Shown here: positions 11,631 to 19,604 of the stretch, piece after piece
How positions within the stretch are numbered: position 1 is the first letter of the stretch
Layout of the letters: every line of letters begins with the position of its first letter
Virus record (IMG/VR): IMGVR_UViG_3300044856_000229
Span: 64,001 to 92,827 of that record
Direction: 5' to 3' (one strand)
Source: a virus
Length of the DNA stretch: 28,827 nucleotides
Translations under genes and position numbers: made by a program
The notes under the pieces: model-generated
Databases searched by the model: none
Told to the model about the DNA's origin: nothing
Seen by the model: only the letters and a program-made list of their open reading frames with translations

Positions 11631-12484
11631 GCGATTGACTCAATAAAAACTAACTTATCAATATAATCTCTATCTGCCCCTTTGAAAATAGGAATTTCAT
11701 AATCTATTTTCCATTTGCGGCGAACAATTATTCTTTCACCAATTTGCTCTCCAAGATAAACATTTGGCTCTTTAATTGTTTCTTTTTCTTCTGTCTTAAT
11801 GCACGCGGTTCCTCGTTTACATGGAATTGTAAAAGTATTCCAATTAATTCCATACTGAACCATTAGCATATCTTGAATATCATTACAAGTTTTATCTTTA
11901 AGTTTAGCATGCGAGAAATGAGCTTGTCCTACCATCTGAATACTATTCCGCATTGCATCAAGCTGCCGCCAATAAATAAGGTTTGTTACTTCTTCTTTTG
12001 GAATATTAAAACATCTTGCGTCAAACATTGCTCCTTTTTCTGCGGCATTTACATATCTTTCAATAAGTCTTTTATTTTCCTCTATAAGAGGATCATAAGT
12101 TGAATTATATTTAATTATATTCTCAGAAAAATATTTATTAAAAGCCACTGTTGCCATAGAAGCTGATATAGAAGCCATTTTCTGGACCTCATAATTAAAC
12201 CAAGCCTCTGAAGTTAACTTTTGGTAATCAGTTAAAATCAAAGTAATTTCATCTGACTGAGTATATCCAAAAATACAACCCTGAATATTTTCACAAAGAT
12301 GCTTCATTGTTCTTTGCATTGTATCCATTAACACAGGGTCAAATGGTTTTTGAAAACCTCGTGTAAAAGTATGAAAAGCTTTTCCATCAATCCTAATAGC
12401 TACTGGCATGCGGCGAAGTAATTGCGTTTTTGCGGGATTTTCATAAAAATCTTTCATTCTTGCGGCAAGTTCACTATTATCCAT
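11627..12484 (-). CDS. Thg1-like protein (tRNA-His guanylyltransferase family, 3'-5' nucleotidyltransferase)
   Basis: Motifs match Thg1 in order: VAIRIDGKAFHTF (Thg1 VVVRLDGRNFHRF), KPFD, YTQSDEITL (Thg1 YGQSDEYSF), QKMASISAS and YWRQLDA (Thg1 SWRQADC). RBS AAGGAAGaaaaATG. Confidence 0.8.
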   Translation of the reverse strand: MDNSELAARMKDFYENPAKTQLLRRMPVAIRIDGKAFHTFTRGFQKPFDPVLMDTMQRTMKHLCENIQGCIFGYTQSDEITLILTDYQKLTSEAWFNYEVQKMASISASMATVAFNKYFSENIIKYNSTYDPLIEENKRLIERYVNAAEKGAMFDARCFNIPKEEVTNLIYWRQLDAMRNSIQMVGQAHFSHAKLKDKTCNDIQDMLMVQYGINWNTFTIPCKRGTACIKTEEKETIKEPNVYLGEQIGERIIVRRKWKIDYEIPIFKGADRDYIDKLVFIESIA

Positions 12485-12518
12485 TTTTCTTCCTTTTTTT
12501 ATTTATTTTATATATATA

Positions 12519-12848
12519 TTATAATTTAATTTTTAAATTTTGTCCATTCTGATCTTTTATTGAGATTTCTGTGCGGTTTTCAGTAAGATTTGTTTCTTTT
12601 AAGAACCAATGCCATACATGAGGTTCTTCAATTGTGGTTCCAATATATTGGGTATTTTCTAACACTTTTTCGGGAATCGGCTGTCCTGTTCCAATAGGAT
12701 TCACAAAGAAACTTCTAATAGGAGCTGCAGTATCAGTTAAAGCCCAAAGATAAGTGCGGCCATTCATTTCTTTTACATCAAGAAATTTAATAAGCGGTAA
12801 TTCAAGTACTCCAATATCATTTAAACAATATTTAAGAATTCTTTTCAT
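12519..12848 (-). CDS. hypothetical protein (109 aa)
   Basis: RBS AGAGGAtaaacttaATG. Overlaps the 3' end of the AbrB-like gene by 17 nt. Confidence 0.65.
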   Translation of the reverse strand: MKRILKYCLNDIGVLELPLIKFLDVKEMNGRTYLWALTDTAAPIRSFFVNPIGTGQPIPEKVLENTQYIGTTIEEPHVWHWFLKETNLTENRTEISIKDQNGQNLKIKL

Positions 12849-13098
12849 TAAGTTTATCCTCTAATTTTTCTGGAATTTCTGCGCCAATTTCTTCAAGAAT
12901 TGATTTTGCGGCTAAGAATTTTGGGTCTACTCCATCGGCAATAGATAAAGCAATATACATTTTACCATCTAAATCAAATGTAAAAAATTCAAGCTCTTCA
13001 TTATCTCGCATAAACATTCTATCTCTTAATCCTTTTGGAAGAGTAATTCTTCCCAATGAATCTAATCTTCTTCTTGCGTTTTCTGGTCTTAATATCAT
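12832..13098 (-). CDS. AbrB/SpoVT/MazE-fold DNA-binding protein
   Basis: N-terminal LDSLGRITLPKGLRDRMFM matches the swapped-hairpin AbrB-N motif (VDELGRVVIPIELRRTLGI). 88 aa. RBS AAGGAGataaaataATG. Confidence 0.7.
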   Translation of the reverse strand: MILRPENARRRLDSLGRITLPKGLRDRMFMRDNEELEFFTFDLDGKMYIALSIADGVDPKFLAAKSILEEIGAEIPEKLEDKLNEKNS

Positions 13099-13110
13099 TA
13101 TTTTATCTCC

Positions 13111-13347
13111 TTAATTAAATTTAATATTATTATCATCATCGCTACCATCCCAATTACTACCCATTAAAATATCTAATATCCATGTAGCAATATTAGAGAT
13201 GAAAAATGCGGGTGCTGTTATTAAAAATATTATGAGTACAATTAACATTTCTACCCAGCCTATTTGATACAGCGAATCCGCAGATTGTATAGCCAAAGAT
13301 AAAAACATAAGTAACCATAAAATATAAATAACTATTATTAAAGTCAT
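13111..13347 (-). CDS. small membrane protein (2 TM)
   Basis: 78-aa ORF. RBS AAAGAGGAtacaaatATG. First gene after promoter 13386-13414. Confidence 0.65.
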   Translation of the reverse strand: MTLIIVIYILWLLMFLSLAIQSADSLYQIGWVEMLIVLIIFLITAPAFFISNIATWILDILMGSNWDGSDDDNNIKFN

Positions 13348-13385
13348 ATTTGTATCCTCTTTATTTTTACCTTTAATTTACTAAT

Positions 13386-13414
13386 ATAATATCAAAAAAT
13401 TTTAATGTTGTCAA
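13386..13414 (-). promoter_or_regulatory. sigmaA-type promoter, leftward (TTGACA-17-TATTAT), divergent partner of 13420-13448
   Basis: Minus strand reads TTGACA (13414..13409). The two -35 boxes are back-to-back: TTGTCAAagaatTTGACT. Confidence 0.6.
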
Positions 13415-13419
13415 AGAAT

Positions 13420-13448
13420 TTGACTTTGTCCAAGATTTGCGATATAAT
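13420..13448 (+). promoter_or_regulatory. sigmaA-type promoter, rightward (TTGACT-17-TATAAT) for the morphogenesis arm
   Basis: TTGACT at 13420-13425, a 17-nt spacer, then TATAAT at 13443-13448. This is 24 nt upstream of the RBS GGAGGtaaactATG of gene 13472. Confidence 0.65.
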
Positions 13449-13471
13449 GTTTTTAATACTGGAGGTAAACT

Positions 13472-14581
13472 ATGATTAAATTAGACTATACTATACAAAC
13501 TCCAGAAGAAAGAAACGAACTAGTGAAAAAAATTTTAGAAGAAACTCCTGACCCTAGTGAGAGATATTTAGAAATTTTGGCTGACTACCTCGTTCTTTGT
13601 ATGGAGAAACAAGAGAAGAAGCAGAAACAAATTTTAACAGAAAATCGAATGACAACTGTTAATAAGAGAGAAACTTCTTATGAAGGTCTTGTTTCCCAAT
13701 TAGAAAATGGCGAAGATGGTATCTATAACCTAATAAATGAAAGTAAAACAACAATATTTCAACCAAAAGTGACAATAACAAAAAAAGATTTAGAAGAAAT
13801 ACCTTATTTAAGACAATTACGTGATGCTATCAATAGTTGGGAAATAAAACTTAAAAAAGCGCAAGGGCGCGATGCGTATATAATTAAAAAAGCATTGATT
13901 GAAATGCGTAAAGACCAATATGTAATAAAAAATGCTTACCGCAAGCCTATTATCTTTAATAAAATTAGTCGTTCTAATTTTGCGTCTAGATTGGTTGAAG
14001 ATTTTATATTAGATGAAAATAATTATATTGTTCCTAGTGGGGTTTCTTTATGTAGTCCTACAGTTTGTTCATTAATTCTTTGTAATTATTCGCAACTTAA
14101 AGAAGAGAGCTGGGGAAAATTTGAAGGTGATTTATGGTACCTTATGGAATCATTTGATAAAATATCTACAGACGCTTTAAAAGAATACCCATTATATGAA
14201 GAAATAGTAAAATGTAAAATAGATGGACTACAAAATATAGAAATACAGAAAATATTAAAAGAAAAGTATGATACAACTCATAGCTTAGAATATATTTCTA
14301 GCTTATGGAGGAAAAAGATTCCAAATCTTATTGCCTCAAAAGCAGAGGACGTAGAATTAAGTTGGTATTTTTTAAATACTGAAAAAGGTAAATATAAAAG
14401 ATGCAGTCGATGCGGGAAAATTAAACTTGCTCATAATAAATATTTTAGTAAAAATAAAACTAGCAAGGATGGTTGGTATTCCATTTGTAAAGAATGTAGA
14501 AATAAAAAAATAAGGACAAAAAGAAATAGACTTTCTTTATCCTTTTATAAAGGAGGTATAATTTATGGCAACAAATACTGA
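13472..14581 (+). CDS. hypothetical protein with C-terminal zinc ribbon (CSRC-x20-CKEC)
   Basis: 369-aa ORF. Basic tail. First gene of the rightward arm. Confidence 0.75.
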   Translation: MIKLDYTIQTPEERNELVKKILEETPDPSERYLEILADYLVLCMEKQEKKQKQILTENRMTTVNKRETSYEGLVSQLENGEDGIYNLINESKTTIFQPKVTITKKDLEEIPYLRQLRDAINSWEIKLKKAQGRDAYIIKKALIEMRKDQYVIKNAYRKPIIFNKISRSNFASRLVEDFILDENNYIVPSGVSLCSPTVCSLILCNYSQLKEESWGKFEGDLWYLMESFDKISTDALKEYPLYEEIVKCKIDGLQNIEIQKILKEKYDTTHSLEYISSLWRKKIPNLIASKAEDVELSWYFLNTEKGKYKRCSRCGKIKLAHNKYFSKNKTSKDGWYSICKECRNKKIRTKRNRLSLSFYKGGIIYGNKY

Positions 14582-15773
14582 TACATTTTTCTGTGATAAA
14601 TGCCAACGTACTATGAGAGGAACTGAATTTTATGGTTCTAATAATTTAGAAAAATATCCAGAAGGTAAGTTGCATCAATGTAAGAAATGTCTTACAATGC
14701 ATGTAGATAATTGGGATTCTAGTACTTATATGTGGATATTAGAAGAATGCGATGTGCCTTATATTCCAGAAGAATGGAATAAATTATTACAAAAATATGC
14801 AAGTGAAGGTAAAACAATTACTGGAACGACAATTATTGGTCGCTATCTTGCAAAGATGAAATTAAAACAATTTAGAGATTATCGTTTTAAAGATACAGAG
14901 TTTCTTCAACAGATGGCTGACCATAAAGTAGAAGAAACTATGAAGCGGCAAGGATATGAAGCTGCGGAAATTGCTAAGGTTATTGAGCAAAGTCATATTT
15001 CGGCGCCAGAAAGACCAACCCCTCCGCCACTTACTATTCCAAATAGCAATAATACAGATAGTGTGTCTTTAGGCACAGAAGATTATTTTGCAGAACAAAA
15101 TTCTGAATATGATATTGATATTGCGGCAGACCTTACAGATGATGATAAACGCTATTTATTACTTAAATGGGGTAAATCTTATACACCAGAAGAATGGGTT
15201 AAACTTGAACAGCTCTACAACGAAATGATGCAATCTTACGATATTCAATCTGCGGGTCATATTGATAACTTAAAACTTCTGTGTAAAACTTCATTAAAAT
15301 CTAATCAGCTTCTGGATATAGGCGATGTAGATGGCGCGCAAAAAATGCTTCGTATGTATGATTCTTTAATGAAATCAGGTAAATTTACTGCGGCACAGAA
15401 CAAAGCTGAAAGTGGTGAATATGTAGATTCTATTTCAGAACTTGTAGCTATTTGTGAAAAAGAAGGATTTATACCTAGATATTATATTGATCAGCCAGGA
15501 GATAGAGTAGATGAAACTATTGCAGATTTAAAAGGTTATACTCATTCGCTTGTTGTTGATGAAATGAATCTTGGTAATCTGATTGAAAGTGCTGTTAAAA
15601 CTATGGCTCGTGAAGAAGCTAAAGAAGAAGACGAAGATATTGAAGATGAAATTATGAGCCTTGAAGATGTAGACCAGCTAAAAGATGAAGATTTTGAAGA
15701 ATTTAATGAATTTGAAGAAGATGAAGAAAAAGCCTCAGAAGAAGCAATGAAAGAATATCTTGAGGAGGACTAA
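14565..15773 (+). CDS. hypothetical protein with N-terminal zinc ribbon (CDKC-x21-CKKC) and acidic C-terminal tail
   Basis: 402-aa ORF. RBS AAAGGAGGtataatttATG. Overlaps the upstream gene by 17 nt. C-terminus of about 60 aa is D/E-rich. Could be a packaging accessory or small-terminase-like protein. Confidence 0.75.
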   Translation: MATNTDTFFCDKCQRTMRGTEFYGSNNLEKYPEGKLHQCKKCLTMHVDNWDSSTYMWILEECDVPYIPEEWNKLLQKYASEGKTITGTTIIGRYLAKMKLKQFRDYRFKDTEFLQQMADHKVEETMKRQGYEAAEIAKVIEQSHISAPERPTPPPLTIPNSNNTDSVSLGTEDYFAEQNSEYDIDIAADLTDDDKRYLLLKWGKSYTPEEWVKLEQLYNEMMQSYDIQSAGHIDNLKLLCKTSLKSNQLLDIGDVDGAQKMLRMYDSLMKSGKFTAAQNKAESGEYVDSISELVAICEKEGFIPRYYIDQPGDRVDETIADLKGYTHSLVVDEMNLGNLIESAVKTMAREEAKEEDEDIEDEIMSLEDVDQLKDEDFEEFNEFEEDEEKASEEAMKEYLEED

Positions 15774-15775
15774 TT

Positions 15776-17506
15776 ATGGCATTACAAGATTTATTAGCTC
15801 TCTCTCAATCCAGAGATAAAATTGGTTTATCTGAGGAACGTGTTAATGCTATTATTCCAGTAGCAAGACAATATATAAGTTTCTGGAGAGAATATCCAGA
15901 TATTTTTATTGACTTTTTATTAAAAGACCGAAATCCGCAAAACTTTAAATTCTTCTTCTATCAAAGAGTATTCTTGCGGATTTGTATGCGTCATCAATAT
16001 GTATATGCGGTTTTCCCACGTGCATATTCAAAATCTTTTTTATCTATGATGGTATTAATGTGCCGTTGTGTATTATATCCTGGATGTAAACTATTTGTTA
16101 CTTCTGGTGGTAAAGAGCAGGCTGCGGCAATCGTAAAAGAAAAAGTTCAAGAGATTTGTACACTGATACCCGCATTTAAAAGTGAAATTGATTGGAATCG
16201 TGGCGTAACTCTTGAGGGTAAAGATTATTGTAAGTATGTATTTAAAAATGGTTCATATTTTGATAATATTGCGGCTAGGGAAAGTTCACGTGGTAAACGT
16301 CGTCATGGCGGACTTATAGAAGAATGCGTAGGTGTTGATGGAAAGATATTGAGTGAAGTTATCATTCCAACAATGAACATTTCCCGTATGTGTATGGATG
16401 GATCTACTCATCCTGAAGAGCAACTTAATAAAAGTCAGGTTTATATTACAACTGCAGGATATAAAAATACATACCCTTATGACAAATTGATTCAGCTATT
16501 GGTATGGCAGATAGTTAAACCAGAAAAATCAATGATAATGGGCGGTACATATCGTATTCCTGTATTAGTTAAATTGCTTGATAAGAATTTTATTAAAGAC
16601 CTAAAAATGGATGGTACTTTTAATGAAAGTTCTTTTGCTCGTGAATATGAATCTGTTTGGTCTGGTACTATTGAGGATGCTTTCTTTAGTTCTGAAGCAT
16701 TTGACCGCAATAGAATTCTTAAACAACCGGAAAAAGAAGCCTCTGGTCGTTCAAGCAAAAATGCCTATTATATATTATCTATGGATGTTGGTCGTAAAGG
16801 TTGCGATTCTGTAGTGTGCGTAATTAAAGTAACTCCACGTTCTCAGGATGTATCTATGAAACAATTAGTTAATATTTATACATTTCACGATGACCATTTT
16901 GAAGACCAAGCCATTAAAGTAAAACGTTTATTCTATAGATATAGAGCCCGCAGATTAATTATTGATGCTAATGGTATTGGTATTGGACTTATGGATTATT
17001 TAGTTAAATCTCAAATTGATCCAGATACTAATGAATTTTTTGCGGATTTTGGTGTCTATAATGATGAAGAAAAATTTTATAAGAAGTTTCAAACTGTTGA
17101 TTGTGAACAAGATGCGATATATATGATAAAAGCGAACGCACCTATAAATACAGAAGCGCATGCTAATATGCAGTCACAGCTTTCTTCTGGTAAAATTAAA
17201 TTCCTTGAAGATGAACGTATAGCAAAAACTAAATTACTTGGTACTAAAATGGGGCAGACAATGACTCCAGAAAAACGTGCAGAATACTTAAGGCCTTTTA
17301 CATTAACTTCTATTCTTAAAGAAGAACTTATGAACCTTCGTGAAGAAAATGAAGGAGTTAATATTATCCTTAAACAAGCTAACAGATCAATTAAAAAAGA
17401 TAAATTTTCCGCACTTGAATATGGTTTATATTATATAAAAACAGAAGAAGATTCAAAGAAGAAGAAAAAACGTTTTAATGCAAGTGAATGGAAATTCTTT
17501 AATTAA
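15776..17506 (+). CDS. putative terminase large subunit
   Basis: 576 aa, directly upstream of the portal-like gene. N-terminal ATPase-like region and C-terminal nuclease-like segment with Asp-containing strand ILSMDVGRKG. Motifs are deviant, so the call rests mainly on size and synteny. Confidence 0.5.
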   Translation: MALQDLLALSQSRDKIGLSEERVNAIIPVARQYISFWREYPDIFIDFLLKDRNPQNFKFFFYQRVFLRICMRHQYVYAVFPRAYSKSFLSMMVLMCRCVLYPGCKLFVTSGGKEQAAAIVKEKVQEICTLIPAFKSEIDWNRGVTLEGKDYCKYVFKNGSYFDNIAARESSRGKRRHGGLIEECVGVDGKILSEVIIPTMNISRMCMDGSTHPEEQLNKSQVYITTAGYKNTYPYDKLIQLLVWQIVKPEKSMIMGGTYRIPVLVKLLDKNFIKDLKMDGTFNESSFAREYESVWSGTIEDAFFSSEAFDRNRILKQPEKEASGRSSKNAYYILSMDVGRKGCDSVVCVIKVTPRSQDVSMKQLVNIYTFHDDHFEDQAIKVKRLFYRYRARRLIIDANGIGIGLMDYLVKSQIDPDTNEFFADFGVYNDEEKFYKKFQTVDCEQDAIYMIKANAPINTEAHANMQSQLSSGKIKFLEDERIAKTKLLGTKMGQTMTPEKRAEYLRPFTLTSILKEELMNLREENEGVNIILKQANRSIKKDKFSALEYGLYYIKTEEDSKKKKKRFNASEWKFFN

Positions 17507-17533
17507 GACAAAAATGTTGGGTAAAATATGTTT

Positions 17534-17568
17534 ATTGCTACTATTAATTTTTCAATAATAGTAGCAAT
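17534..17568. repeat. perfect 13-bp inverted repeat ATTGCTACTATTA-9nt-TAATAGTAGCAAT upstream of endonuclease gene
   Basis: The arms are exact reverse complements. Lies in the 85-bp gap between terminase and the endonuclease, with no T-run after it. Confidence 0.6.
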
Positions 17569-17591
17569 GAAAAGCGAAAGGAGGATAATAG

Positions 17592-17948
17592 ATGCGCGCT
17601 TCTAGAGGAGAAATAAAGATAGAAGAAATATTACAAAATGCAGAATTAAATTTTAAAGAAGAATATATATTCCCAGAACTTAAAAGCTCTAGTGGTAGAC
17701 CATTACGTTTTGATTTTGTTGTATTTGATGATGATGGTAAAATTGATTTTCTTATTGAATATCAGGGTAAACAACATTATGAAGCAAGTTCAAAATTTGG
17801 CGGAAAAAGAGGATTATATCAACAGCAATTTAATGATAATAAAAAACGTAGATTTTGTGCTTTACATGGACTTACTTTAATAGAAATTCCTTATACAGAA
17901 GAACATCTTATATCCTACGATTATATAATGGAAAAAGCTGGATATTAA
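17592..17948 (+). CDS. DUF559/Vsr-like PD-(D/E)xK endonuclease (putative homing endonuclease)
   Basis: FDFVVFDDDGKIDFLIEYQGKQH fits the D...IE(V/L)DG.QH core of DUF559/Vsr-like nucleases. C-terminal D..KKRRF..LHGLTLIEIPY matches the D..R...L...G..V.R block. RBS GAAAGGAGGataatagATG. Confidence 0.6.
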   Translation: MRASRGEIKIEEILQNAELNFKEEYIFPELKSSSGRPLRFDFVVFDDDGKIDFLIEYQGKQHYEASSKFGGKRGLYQQQFNDNKKRRFCALHGLTLIEIPYTEEHLISYDYIMEKAGY

Positions 17949-17962
17949 GGAGGTAATTGGTC

Positions 17963-19594
17963 TTGATAGATAGACAAAGACAAGAACAAATTCGCTCCAA
18001 AGGCTTTAGTATAGTAGATACAAGACGTGGAAATGAAGCACCAATAGAGTATGGAAGAATTAAAGTTGGAACTAAAACATTAGATGATGCTACTTTAAAT
18101 TTAGGTTCTCTTAAAAAAATTAATCCAACATATGCAGATAAGCGCTGGATTTTAAGAGCTTTAGCAGAAAATAATGTTCCAGTTCTTCGTGAAATTTCTA
18201 ATTACTTTTATAGAACTAGTGGTATATACTCTCGAGTATGCAATTATATTGCTACTCTATATAGATATGATTGGTATATTGTACCAGAGGTTTTAGACGA
18301 TAAAATTAAAGAAGAAAAAATTTTAAAAGAATTTAATTATCTTTTAGATTATCTTGATAATACTCATATTAAAAAAATGTGTGCGGATATAGCTTTAGCA
18401 GTCGTCAAAGATGGTGCATACTATGGCTATTTGGTAGATGGAACAGATGGTTTGATGCTTCAACAGTTGCCTATTAACTATTGTCGTTCTAGATATAACG
18501 TTGGTATGAATCCCGCTGTTGAATTTAATATGAAATTTTTTGATGACCATTTTAGGGATATTAATTATCGTATGAGAGTTCTTAGAATGTTTCCAAAAGA
18601 GTTTCAAAAGGGCTATTTACTTTATAAGCAAGGTAAATTACCAGTAGATAATATGATGGATCCTTTTGGAACTTGGTACTTACTTGACCCAGAATCAACT
18701 GTTAAATTTAATTTTAATAATAATGATATTCCAATGTTTGTAAATGCTATTCCAAATTTACTTGATTTGGATGCAGCTCAGGATTTAGACCGCCGCAAGC
18801 AAATGCAACAATTATTAAAAATTGTTATTCAAAAACTTCCATTAGATAAAAATGGAGATTTAATTTTTGACGTTGATGAAGCTAGGGATATACATAATAA
18901 TGCGGTTGAAATGCTTTGCCGTGCTATTGGTGTAGATGTATTAACTACATTTGCAGACGTTAGTGTAGAAGATATGTCAGATAGTAATACTACCACTACT
19001 AAAGACGATTTGGAAAAAGTAGAAAGAACATTATTTAATTCTCTTGGTATTTCTCAGAATATTTTTAATACTGATGGTAATTTATCTCTAGAGAAATCTA
19101 TTTTAAATGATGAAGCAACTACTAGAAATATTCTTTTACAATTTCATATATTCTTTGATAGGATTACTCGTGCTAAGTGTAGTAATAAAAGAAAATTTGT
19201 GTTTAAATTTTTTATGCTAGAAACTACTCAATATAATTATCAAACCTTATCTAAAATGTATAAAGAACAGGTACAAATTGGTTATTCTAAAATGCTACCA
19301 CAAATTGCACTTGGACATTCTCAAAGTTCTATTATCCATACAGCTCATTTTGAAAATGAAGTATTACATTTGAGTTCTATTATGATTCCACCATTAATGA
19401 GTTCTACATTAAATGGAGAAGATATTTTGGGCACAAACAAACAAGATAATACAAATAAAAATCAAAATAATACGACAAATAATTCTGGAAAAAATATTAA
19501 TCAAAAACAGTCTAGTGGTGAAGCCGGTAGACCAGAAAAAGATGATAGCCAAAAAAGTGAAAAAACAATTCAGAATCGTGAATCAATGAGCTAG
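17963..19594 (+). CDS. putative portal protein
   Basis: About 543 aa, immediately after terminase. TTG start at 17963 is 8 nt after AAGGAGG. The ORF-track TTG at 17957 is too close to the RBS. Q/N/S-rich disordered C-terminal tail. The call rests on position and size. Confidence 0.45.
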   Translation: MIDRQRQEQIRSKGFSIVDTRRGNEAPIEYGRIKVGTKTLDDATLNLGSLKKINPTYADKRWILRALAENNVPVLREISNYFYRTSGIYSRVCNYIATLYRYDWYIVPEVLDDKIKEEKILKEFNYLLDYLDNTHIKKMCADIALAVVKDGAYYGYLVDGTDGLMLQQLPINYCRSRYNVGMNPAVEFNMKFFDDHFRDINYRMRVLRMFPKEFQKGYLLYKQGKLPVDNMMDPFGTWYLLDPESTVKFNFNNNDIPMFVNAIPNLLDLDAAQDLDRRKQMQQLLKIVIQKLPLDKNGDLIFDVDEARDIHNNAVEMLCRAIGVDVLTTFADVSVEDMSDSNTTTTKDDLEKVERTLFNSLGISQNIFNTDGNLSLEKSILNDEATTRNILLQFHIFFDRITRAKCSNKRKFVFKFFMLETTQYNYQTLSKMYKEQVQIGYSKMLPQIALGHSQSSIIHTAHFENEVLHLSSIMIPPLMSSTLNGEDILGTNKQDNTNKNQNNTTNNSGKNINQKQSSGEAGRPEKDDSQKSEKTIQNRESMS

Positions 19595-19604
19595 GGGGAT
19601 AATA

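Noticed and set aside
947-12103. Plus-strand ORFs in the left arm from the six-frame track (947..1144, 1095..1277, 1366..1662, 2371..2559, 2831..3148, 3030..3233, 5864..6076, 6432..6839, 8012..8215, 8193..8564, 11069..11257, 11239..11445, 11873..12103)
   Set aside because: All are antisense to better-supported leftward genes or span promoter and terminator DNA. None has an RBS, and their products are low-complexity F/L/I/S-rich as expected from AT-rich antisense frames.
12519-12848. MazF/PemK toxin identity for the 109-aa ORF downstream of the AbrB/MazE-fold gene
   Set aside because: The characteristic MazF N-terminal motif (GSEQ.G.RP) and overall pattern are absent. Only the gene arrangement is TA-like, so it is kept as a hypothesis, not a call.
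13472-14581. Small terminase or sigma-factor assignment for the 369-aa zinc-ribbon protein
   Set aside because: No recognisable HTH, sigma region 2/4 motifs or small-terminase oligomerisation signature could be read by eye. Left as hypothetical.
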